IMG/VR virus record: IMGVR_UViG_3300033475_000015
Origin: a virus
Length of the DNA stretch: 64,000 bases
Direction: 5' to 3' (one strand)
This document shows positions 27,414-35,532 of this stretch, piece after piece (positions within the stretch are counted from its first letter, which is position 1; each line of letters opens with the position of its first letter). Below the pieces are notes generated by a model. The model was not told where the DNA came from and searched no databases. It saw only the letters and a list, made by a program, of their open reading frames with translations. A program made the position numbers and the translations under genes.

Positions 27414-27820
27414 TGTCCAAGTCCGCCGACTCGATCGCCGCACGTGAGCAGGTCTACAACCAGCTCAGCGGGAAGTTCCCGAAGGACGCCATCACCTGGG
27501 TCAAGACCGTGCGCTGGGACCCCCCGGCAAAGTACGACCTGGACGAGTTCGACACCGACGACGCGTCGGACTGGTCCGCCAGCAAGGACCCGAAGCGCGT
27601 CGACCACGAGATCGAACGCTGGCAGTCCGGCAGGGCTCACCCGATCGTCACCGTTCAGGTGGGTGATGGCCCGCTGATCATCGTCGACGGCCACCATCGG
27701 TTCTTGGCCCGGGAGCGGATGCATAAGGGCCGGGCGCTGGCGTTCGTCGGTCACGTGCCCAACACCACCGGCCCCTGGATGGACACACACCTGTCCCAGA
27801 AGGGGGGCGACTCCGCATGA
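27413..27820 (+). CDS. ParB/Srx-like nuclease-fold protein
   Basis: PIVTV...IIVDGHHRFLA motif; TGATG-coupled. Confidence 0.7.
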   Translation: MSKSADSIAAREQVYNQLSGKFPKDAITWVKTVRWDPPAKYDLDEFDTDDASDWSASKDPKRVDHEIERWQSGRAHPIVTVQVGDGPLIIVDGHHRFLARERMHKGRALAFVGHVPNTTGPWMDTHLSQKGGDSA

Positions 27821-28149
27821 CGATGTTCTGGCCCACCACCACCGTCAGCATCCTGCGCGGGACGGCCACCAACGACGCCGGGGACGTGATCGACGCCGAC
27901 ACGGCCGTCTACACGGGCGTGCTCGCGTCGGTCATGGAGCGTAACCGCACCACCATCGACACCCAGACCCAGGACCCCCGCGTCGTGCGCACCACCACTA
28001 TGCGCGTCGCGGCCGGAACCGACATCCTGGATACCGACCGGGTTCGGGACGAAGTCACCGGCAAGGTGTACGCCGTGGCCGGTGTCTCTGTCCTGTCCAG
28101 CCCCGTCCACACGCCCGACCTGCGTGTGGACCTGAAGTACGTCAACTGA
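27817..28149 (+). CDS. Head-closure/stopper protein
   Basis: DILDTDRVRDEVTGKVYAV; synteny. Confidence 0.65.
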   Translation: MTMFWPTTTVSILRGTATNDAGDVIDADTAVYTGVLASVMERNRTTIDTQTQDPRVVRTTTMRVAAGTDILDTDRVRDEVTGKVYAVAGVSVLSSPVHTPDLRVDLKYVN

Positions 28150-28311
28150 AGGGAATAAGCCTAACGAATAGCCGAACTGACCAGATCCATACAATTTAAC
28201 GGGTGTCTGCAGCCATGTGCCGGTCCGGTTAAACCTATGTCTACTGCAGGTTGAGCACCGGTCCGGTAAAATTGATGTCCAGAAACAGACAAACTCAGGG
28301 ACGGAGTTACC

Positions 28312-28536
28312 ATGGCCAACATCCCCGACCTGGGGACCAAGGACCCGGTCAGCGCGAAGATGCCCGCCAGCCACGCCTCCAACGGTGTCGCGCCGGGTCA
28401 GACCGCCCAGCTGCTCAAGGGCCAGGGCGCCATCGGCGGTGCGCAGGAGGCGAACCACCAGCCGACCAAGGTGCCGCACCCGCACGGCAAGTTCGTGGAC
28501 CGCGACGGCAGCCGATTCGACGTCAAGTCTCAGTGA
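28312..28536 (+). CDS. Small hypothetical protein
   Basis: GGAG RBS. Confidence 0.6.
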   Translation: MANIPDLGTKDPVSAKMPASHASNGVAPGQTAQLLKGQGAIGGAQEANHQPTKVPHPHGKFVDRDGSRFDVKSQ

Positions 28537-28646
28537 CCGACGCAGGACCCGCCCGCAACAACTGAACCCCAACACCACTACACCACCCCCTGCCGAAGGG
28601 GTAGACCCGAGGGCGGGTGGTGTAGCCGCCCAACGTAGAGAAGGGT

Positions 28647-29018
28647 GTGGCGGTGGTAGCCGAACTTGTGATGGAATCCGGCTGGCCTGAAGAGCTGGCC
28701 CCTTACATCAACCGCATGGTCATGCGCATGACCGAGGCGGTTCGCGACGACGCCCAGAAGATCTGCCCTGTCGACACGGGCGCTCTCAAGGCGTCGCTGA
28801 CGGCTATCAACGCCGCACCCGGTGTCGGTCGGGTCATCTCGGACCTGCCCTACGCCGCCGCCGTCGAGTTCGGATTCGATGGCGAGGAGATCGTCAGCGC
28901 CCACATGCGGCTGGGCCGCCCGGTACGCGAGCACACCCGCCACGGCAGGTCCCCGGAGCAGCCGTACCTCCGTCCGGCCCTGTACCGCGAGCGCGACGAG
29001 TCGGGCGGGACGATCTGA
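28647..29018 (+). CDS. HK97 gp10-like tail-completion protein
   Basis: PVDTGALKAS, YAAAVEFG, QPYLRPAL. Confidence 0.8.
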   Translation: MAVVAELVMESGWPEELAPYINRMVMRMTEAVRDDAQKICPVDTGALKASLTAINAAPGVGRVISDLPYAAAVEFGFDGEEIVSAHMRLGRPVREHTRHGRSPEQPYLRPALYRERDESGGTI

Positions 29019-29482
29019 TGACCGTCCCGAACCGGGCCAACACCGAGCTGGTCGCCCAGGCGTGGCTGGCCAGCCTCCCGTTCCTGAACACGGGCATGGT
29101 CAACCCCCGGCTGCCCGAGGGTATCGAGAAGGACACGACCGCCCAGGCCAACGGGTTCGTGACTCTCATGGGCACGGGCGGCACACCCAACATGTACGTG
29201 CCCGAGCGTCAGCCCGTTGTGGGCCTGAAGGCCTACGGGTTCCCGGCTCCGGGCAGCCGCAAGGCCCCGTTCAACGTGGCCAACCGCCTGCTCGAAAACA
29301 TCATCGCGGCTACCTACGACACAGCAAGCTTCAACGCCACGCTGTCTCTCGGCAACGGGTACCCGACCGCCCGGGTCCACTCGGCTCACGCGATCTCCGA
29401 GATCCGACCCTCGTACGGTGACTCGGCCTACTGGGCGGTCTACACGCTCGATCTACAGATGTACTGGGTGGAGTTGCCATGA
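29018..29482 (+). CDS. Tail terminator
   Basis: Synteny, size, C-terminal YTLDLQMY. Confidence 0.65.
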   Translation: MTVPNRANTELVAQAWLASLPFLNTGMVNPRLPEGIEKDTTAQANGFVTLMGTGGTPNMYVPERQPVVGLKAYGFPAPGSRKAPFNVANRLLENIIAATYDTASFNATLSLGNGYPTARVHSAHAISEIRPSYGDSAYWAVYTLDLQMYWVELP

Positions 29483-29709
29483 GCCGACGTTACGCCCTCA
29501 AGGGGTCGGTGTCCGGCGAGCTGCTGACGTTTGGCGGGCTGGTCCTGGTCCACGGCGATCGAGCCGAGATGGAATACCTGTTCGCCGGGACCCAGGTGGT
29601 CGAGATCGGGCCGCAAATTCCCGAGTGTGACACGATGTTGCTGGCCCAGCACCCAGACATCGCGGGCAAGATCCGTTTCCCGCTGAGGCGAGAGGACTTC
29701 GTGCAATGA
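29479..29709 (+). CDS. Hypothetical protein
   Basis: Coupled ORF. Confidence 0.6.
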   Translation: MSRRYALKGSVSGELLTFGGLVLVHGDRAEMEYLFAGTQVVEIGPQIPECDTMLLAQHPDIAGKIRFPLRREDFVQ

Positions 29710-29948
29710 CCCACCGCATCACGACCACGATGCAGCCGGGCAGGGTGGTGGAGGTCAGCGACACCGAGTTGGTCGACCTGACCCGGATGGGTGTGGTCGC
29801 CAGCGAGGTGCTGTACACCCTGGACGACCAGCCCGCACCGACCCCCCTGGTCAGCTCCATGCAGGCCGGGGTGGATTCACAGGAGGTGGAAGATGGCAAA
29901 GAGCAAGAAGCTGACGGCGGCGGATCGCCGCAAGCTGCCGTCCAGTAG
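29706..29948 (+). CDS. Hypothetical protein
   Basis: Coupled ORF. Confidence 0.5.
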   Translation: MTHRITTTMQPGRVVEVSDTELVDLTRMGVVASEVLYTLDDQPAPTPLVSSMQAGVDSQEVEDGKEQEADGGGSPQAAVQ

Positions 29949-30138
29949 CTTCGCTCTGCCGGGTAAGGACCCCGACGTCAAGGGCGCCAAGGGCACCTAC
30001 CCGATCGACACGCCGGGGCGGGCACGCGCCGCCCTGGGCAAGGCCAAGGTCAACGCGACCCCGGCCGAGCAGGCCAAGGTCAAGAAGGCCGTGGCCAAGA
30101 AGTACCCGGGCATCAAGGTGTCCAAGAAGTCCAAGTAA
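29896..30138 (+). CDS. Small Lys-rich phage protein (DUF6582-like)
   Basis: LTAADRRKLPSSSFALPG...YPIDTPGRARAAL; AGGAGG RBS. Confidence 0.65.
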   Translation, partial: AKSKKLTAADRRKLPSSSFALPGKDPDVKGAKGTYPIDTPGRARAALGKAKVNATPAEQAKVKKAVAKKYPGIKVSKKSK

Positions 30139-30187
30139 CCCGCCACCCCGGACCGCCTGCCGGGAAGCTACCAACTGAGGAGGCACG

Positions 30188-30763
30188 GTGTCCGTCACCG
30201 TCACCAACCTGATCCTCGGTCCCGGCACCCTTTACACGGGCCTGTTCGGGGCCGTCGAGCCCACCGATGCCACGGTGAACGTGTCGCCCCCGTCCTCCTC
30301 CTGGGCGGACGTCGGCGGCACCCTGAACGGCGTGGTCCTGTCGGTCGACCAGACCTACACCGAGCTCCAGGTCGACCAGCTGGTCGACTCGATCGGACGC
30401 CGTCTGACCAAGCGCGAGTTCACGGTCACCACTCAGCTGGCCGAGCCCACGCTGACCAACATGTCGCTGTCCCTGAACGGGTCGACCCAGTCCTCGGGGT
30501 CGATCACCTCCGGCGGCAGCTACCAGACGCTGGAACCGCTGTTCGCCACCTCGGCCACCCAGCCGACCTACATCGCGCTGATGCTGGACGGGTTCGCGCC
30601 GAACTCGTTCCGCCGCCGCGTGATCGTCCGCCGGGCGCTGTCGACCGCCAAGGTCGACACCTCGATGGACAAGTCCAAGCAGACCGTGTTCACAGTGACT
30701 TTCAACGGCCACTACGTGAGCTCGGTCATCGCCCCGCTCCACATCGTCGACCAGGTCTCCTGA
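30188..30763 (+). CDS. Major tail (tube) protein
   Basis: ILGPGTLY...WADVGGTLNGV...VDQLVD; precedes chaperones. Confidence 0.8.
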   Translation: MSVTVTNLILGPGTLYTGLFGAVEPTDATVNVSPPSSSWADVGGTLNGVVLSVDQTYTELQVDQLVDSIGRRLTKREFTVTTQLAEPTLTNMSLSLNGSTQSSGSITSGGSYQTLEPLFATSATQPTYIALMLDGFAPNSFRRRVIVRRALSTAKVDTSMDKSKQTVFTVTFNGHYVSSVIAPLHIVDQVS

Positions 30764-30811
30764 CCCGACGTTCGAACCCTCGTCTCCGCCTGACCCGATA
30801 GGACCAGCTCA

Positions 30812-31165
30812 ATGACCGCCAAGACGCGCAAGCACACCACCCCGCCCCCACCTGAATTTGTGTTCGAGGCGGCCGACGGCGCCGAGGATCAGCCGGTCGA
30901 CACCGTGCCGCTGTTCCAGGTGGGCGACAAGGTGTACACGATGCCTGCCGTCCCGGGCCAGGCGGACGCCGTCCGCATGCTGCGCGAGATCCGGCTGCGC
31001 GGCGTCGCGTTCGCTTCGGAACTGATGCTGTCGATGTACGTCGGAGACGAGGGTGTCGACGCCCTGATCAACTCCAAGGGGTTCGATGTGGACCGCTGGA
31101 ACGATATCACCTCCAAGGTCACCGCCCGGATCTTCGGGGCCAGCGACCAGGGAAAAGAGGACTAG
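30812..31165 (+). CDS. Tail assembly chaperone (gpG-like)
   Basis: Between tail tube and TMP; slippery GGGAAAA at 31150-31156. Confidence 0.85.
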   Translation: MTAKTRKHTTPPPPEFVFEAADGAEDQPVDTVPLFQVGDKVYTMPAVPGQADAVRMLREIRLRGVAFASELMLSMYVGDEGVDALINSKGFDVDRWNDITSKVTARIFGASDQGKED

Positions 31166-31470
31166 ACCGGATCGCCGAGCTGTTCTGGGTCCTGAGATAC
31201 CTCAAGGACCTGGAGTCCGATCTCAGCGTGTATCACCGCATTGACGACGTAGAGTCGATGCCGTCGGCCAGGTACTTCGAACTGGCCGAACGGGTCGGGG
31301 CGTACGGCGGGGTGATAGCGCTGCGGATGCGGACCCAGGACCGGCGAGAGACTCAATCGGCCCCGACCCCGGCGGTTCCGGTCGAGGCTCCACCCGGGGC
31401 GCGCCAGGTCGAGTCAAGCCGGGCGGCCCTGACCAATTCAGACATCGGCGACATGTTCAGCTGGGGGTAG
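31150..31470 (+). CDS. Tail assembly chaperone -1 frameshift extension (gpGT-like, about 219 aa total)
   Basis: -1 frame from G GGA AAA open to TAG at 31468. Confidence 0.8.
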   Translation, partial: GKRGLDRIAELFWVLRYLKDLESDLSVYHRIDDVESMPSARYFELAERVGAYGGVIALRMRTQDRRETQSAPTPAVPVEAPPGARQVESSRAALTNSDIGDMFSWG

Positions 31471-31485
31471 GGGCAGGTGGTGTAG

Positions 31486-34275
31486 GTGTCCGACGAGGGG
31501 TTCCGGATCGCGTCGGCTTATGTCGAGATCCATTCGAATACGGGTGGTCTGGCCGAGGAGATCCGCACCAAGTTGCGGGCGGCGGTGGACGAGGGTACCG
31601 CCGACATCGGCAATGTTGTAGGTGCCAACCTGGGCGCCGGGGTGCAGCAGTCCCTGGACGGATTCGTCCAGGAGACCCTGCCGGGCCTCGGGGACGACAT
31701 CGGGCAGACTCTCGGGGACGAGATGGGCCGGGGCGTCCGTGAGGGCCTGGAAGCGGCCACGGAGGACGCTGTCCCGGCCGTGGGCGACGAGATCGGCCGG
31801 TCGCTCGGGGATGGGATCGACAAGGGCATCGAGGACGCCAAGCCCAAGATCCAGGACTCCGGCCGTAAGGCGGGGCAGGCGGCCGGTGAGGGCGCGTCCG
31901 AGGGACTGTCTCCGCTGATCGTGACGGCGATCGCCGGGGCCGCCGCCCTGGGCGCGCCGCTGCTTCTGGCCGGACTCGGTACGGCGTTCGTCGGCATCAC
32001 CGCCTTGGCCCTGAAGAACAACAAGGTCATCGCCGACGACTACTCCGAGTTGGGCAAGACCGCCAAGGCGGCCATCCAGGAGGCGACGGCGCCTCTGGCC
32101 GGGGACATGCACCAGGCATTGCAGACCGTCGACGGAGACGTCAAGGCCCTGCAGCCCGACCTCAACAGCCTGTTCGCCCAGGTCGGGCCCGACATCGACT
32201 CGGTGGCCGCCGGGATCGACAACTTCGTGTCCGGCGTGCTGCCGGGCCTGGCCACCGCCCTCGGTGGGTCGCACCAGATTGTGTCCGACTTCGCGTCGGG
32301 ACTGGGGTCGCTTGGGTCCGGTGTCGGGTCGTTCTTCGCCAACCTGACCCGGGACAGCTCGACCACGGGCGCGGCCCTGCAGTCTGTCATGGGGCTGCTC
32401 GGCAACACCCTGTCCACCGTCGGCTCGATCGTGGGATCGGCGAGCGCGGCCATTGGTACCGACCTGCTGGCGCTGGACCCGATCCTGTCGGGCCTGATGA
32501 CCACCATCCGGAACCTGGCCAACCCCGCCACGGTGGGCGCGCTGGCGGGCCTGTTCGGCGCCATGAAGTTCGGCGACTCGATCGGCTCGGGCCTGGACTC
32601 GGTCGCGGGCAAACTCAAGAACTTCGCCGGGGCCCAGAAGGACGCCGAGGGGCTGATGGGCGGGCTCGGCTCCGCCGCCGAGGGTGCGTCCGGCATGCTT
32701 GGCAAGATGGCGGGGGTGGTGTCCGGGCCGTGGGGTCTGGCCATCGGCGCAGGTGTGGGCCTGGCCTCGGGCCTGATCGGGTCTCTGATCAACATGTCGC
32801 ACGCCACCGACGCCGTCACCCTCTCGACCCAGGGGCTTCAGCAGGCGGTCCAGGCGGACAGCGGCGCGTTCGGCGAGAACACCGCCGCGTTCATCGCCCA
32901 GCAGGACGCGGCGAACGGACTGGCCGACACGGCCAAGTCCGCCGGGGTCAGCATCGAGACGCTGACCGCCGCCATCGGAGGCAACGGTCAGGCTCAGGCC
33001 GCACTGACCGCCGCCATCTCCAAGGCCAACCAGGCCCAGGTAAACAACAAGCTGGCCACCGACAGTGCGGCCAAGGCCAACAGCCACGCCGGGCAGGATC
33101 TGCAGGGTGCCACGGTGGCAGCCGACGGCGCCCGCGCGGCCAACAACACCTTGACCGACGCGAACCTGAAGCTGGAGAACTCGGTAAAGGCCCAGATCCA
33201 GCAGGTGTCCCAAGCGATCACCAAGCAGCAGCAGATGACAGCGGCCACCACCGCCCTGAACAACACCACCCAGGTGTTCAACGCCACGCTGAAGGCCGAC
33301 TATACTCAGATGGTGGCCAATGCCACCCAATCCTCGACCAACACCGTCGCCGCCCTGAACCTGGGCACCCAGTACACCGACTTGAACCAGACTCTGCAGG
33401 AGCAGGTTAGCCGGTACCAGCAGACTCAGCAGCAGGGTAACGCCTACGCTGCTGTGGTCCAGTCCCTGAACAACACGACGCAGAACAGCCTGTCGACCCA
33501 GGCCAACTTTACGCTGTCCCTGGGGAACATCTCCAGCCAGGCTCAGTCCGCCGGTACCAGCCTGGACATCGCCAACCAGAAGGGTGCCCAGAACATTCTG
33601 GTGTTCACCCAGGCCGCTCAGGCGGCCGATGCCTCGGCCGAGGCCCTGTACAACAGCGAGTCCAGCACCAAGGGAGCCTCGACTGCGTACAACGACGCCA
33701 ACAACAAGTTGGCCACCCAGAAGCAGGCCTTTATCGACGCGGCCGACAAGGCGGGCTACAACAAGGGCCAGGTCCAGCAGCTGGCCAACCAGCTGTTCCA
33801 GCTGCCCAAGACCGCCTCGACCGCCATCGACGCGAACACCAACCCAGCCAAAAATAAGCTCAACTCCCTGATTAACGAGATCGACAATTCCAGCGGCACC
33901 GTGACGATCTACACCAAGACATCGCCTACCAACCTGAAGGGCTACGCCCGGGGCGGTCAGCCTCCCCTGAACGAGCCTGTGATCGTCGGTGAGGAGGGGC
34001 CCGAGGTGGTCATGTTCGGGTCTCAGGCGACGGTTGTGCCCAACGACCAGCTGCCCAGGTTGGAGCCGTCTGGGGAGATGCTGGCGGGGCAGGGTGGTGT
34101 GGCCGGAGCGGCGTCTGGGCCGACCTACGCTGTCAATTTCGGCGATATCAACATCCAGGGTATCGTTGATCTGACCAACCCGCGCGGCATGACCACGGCG
34201 GCCAAGCAGATGGTCTGGCAGCTTCGCAACGCCATCAAGGTCGTCGAGCAACAGTATGGGGTGAGTGTCGGATGA
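31486..34275 (+). CDS. Tape measure protein
   Basis: 929 aa A/G-rich; starts FRIASAYVEI; C-terminal GYARGG...IVGEEGPEVV. Confidence 0.88.
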   Translation: MSDEGFRIASAYVEIHSNTGGLAEEIRTKLRAAVDEGTADIGNVVGANLGAGVQQSLDGFVQETLPGLGDDIGQTLGDEMGRGVREGLEAATEDAVPAVGDEIGRSLGDGIDKGIEDAKPKIQDSGRKAGQAAGEGASEGLSPLIVTAIAGAAALGAPLLLAGLGTAFVGITALALKNNKVIADDYSELGKTAKAAIQEATAPLAGDMHQALQTVDGDVKALQPDLNSLFAQVGPDIDSVAAGIDNFVSGVLPGLATALGGSHQIVSDFASGLGSLGSGVGSFFANLTRDSSTTGAALQSVMGLLGNTLSTVGSIVGSASAAIGTDLLALDPILSGLMTTIRNLANPATVGALAGLFGAMKFGDSIGSGLDSVAGKLKNFAGAQKDAEGLMGGLGSAAEGASGMLGKMAGVVSGPWGLAIGAGVGLASGLIGSLINMSHATDAVTLSTQGLQQAVQADSGAFGENTAAFIAQQDAANGLADTAKSAGVSIETLTAAIGGNGQAQAALTAAISKANQAQVNNKLATDSAAKANSHAGQDLQGATVAADGARAANNTLTDANLKLENSVKAQIQQVSQAITKQQQMTAATTALNNTTQVFNATLKADYTQMVANATQSSTNTVAALNLGTQYTDLNQTLQEQVSRYQQTQQQGNAYAAVVQSLNNTTQNSLSTQANFTLSLGNISSQAQSAGTSLDIANQKGAQNILVFTQAAQAADASAEALYNSESSTKGASTAYNDANNKLATQKQAFIDAADKAGYNKGQVQQLANQLFQLPKTASTAIDANTNPAKNKLNSLINEIDNSSGTVTIYTKTSPTNLKGYARGGQPPLNEPVIVGEEGPEVVMFGSQATVVPNDQLPRLEPSGEMLAGQGGVAGAASGPTYAVNFGDINIQGIVDLTNPRGMTTAAKQMVWQLRNAIKVVEQQYGVSVG

Positions 34276-35513
34276 CCCAGTACGGGACGATCCAGGTTGG
34301 CCGGTTGACTCTGGTCGAGCTGCCCAAGTCTGCGGCCGTTGACCAGTTCTCGGACCGCGACACGTACGGACGGACGCTGGCGATCCAGGGCCAGGAGTCC
34401 GTACCCGGGTTCTTCAACACCACCCTGCCCCAGCTCAAGGCCAAGATCGACGACCTCGTAGGCAATGTCAACAGCTTTGTCCCGGTGTCCTTCACCGACA
34501 AGTCCGACCGGAATGGGTACTACACCATCTCCCTGGCCCAGGTCAATGAGGTCAACTGGGAGGGCGAGATGGCGTCGGCCACCTGGTCAATCACGCTGAA
34601 TCGGATCGGAGCCGACAGTGAGATCGACCTGCAGTCCCGCCTGACCGGGGCACAAACCCGCAACACCAGCGGGGCGGCGTCCGGGTCCACGGGCGTGCGC
34701 ACCCACACCCCGCCGATCGGGGCGTACGGCTACTGGTCCGGACCGACGATCCCGTCCCAGATCAACAGGCCGAGCGCCGACGGCACGGTGATCACGTACT
34801 CCGGCCTGGCCATCACAAGCACCGTCCGTTGGGGATGCGCGGTGGGGAACTACCCCGGGGGCCGGGTGAGGTTCCTGGACGACAACGGCGTCGAGCGCTC
34901 CGGCACCCAGTTCCCAGCGCCCGCGCCGTCCGCCGCCTGGTCCTTCAGCAACGCGCTGGTGAACGTCGCCCCACTCACGTCCGGCGGGGTGCTGAACGTG
35001 TCGGCGTACACCTCCGGCGCCTACCAGGCCAAGAGCTGGGACCTGCAGGTCAACGGGTCCACCCTCGGCGTACCGCTGAGCATCAAAATGCTGCACAACG
35101 AGTACGAGATGGGCGTGCTCCGGATGACCTGGAATTCGACCAACGTTGGACGGGTGACCGCCGACCTGACTCTGCGGCGCGGGTCCAGGCTGCTGGAGCT
35201 GTATTTGCAGACCGAGTCGTCCACCACCATCAAGGTGGTGCGGTCCTCGGCCGAGATCGGCACCAGCACATTGACCTACGTCTCGGCGTCCTCCAACGAC
35301 GCGGCGGGCAACCGGTACATCGTCGGATCTGCCCACGCAGACACCGCCGACGTGGCCAACGGGGGCGTCTCCGTGTCGGCGTCAGTAGCCATGGACGCGT
35401 TCATCGGGGTGGTCGCGGGCGGGTCCGGCGCGATCGTCGGCGACCGGGCCTCGGACCTGTTCGGGCAGTACCTCGGTTTTCCGGCCGAGCAGGTTACTGG
35501 CGTGATCCGATGA
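34272..35513 (+). CDS. Minor tail protein (distal-tail region)
   Basis: Directly after TMP; beta-rich. Confidence 0.7.
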   Translation: MTQYGTIQVGRLTLVELPKSAAVDQFSDRDTYGRTLAIQGQESVPGFFNTTLPQLKAKIDDLVGNVNSFVPVSFTDKSDRNGYYTISLAQVNEVNWEGEMASATWSITLNRIGADSEIDLQSRLTGAQTRNTSGAASGSTGVRTHTPPIGAYGYWSGPTIPSQINRPSADGTVITYSGLAITSTVRWGCAVGNYPGGRVRFLDDNGVERSGTQFPAPAPSAAWSFSNALVNVAPLTSGGVLNVSAYTSGAYQAKSWDLQVNGSTLGVPLSIKMLHNEYEMGVLRMTWNSTNVGRVTADLTLRRGSRLLELYLQTESSTTIKVVRSSAEIGTSTLTYVSASSNDAAGNRYIVGSAHADTADVANGGVSVSASVAMDAFIGVVAGGSGAIVGDRASDLFGQYLGFPAEQVTGVIR

Positions 35514-35532
35514 GGGCGGGGGTGGTGTAGCG

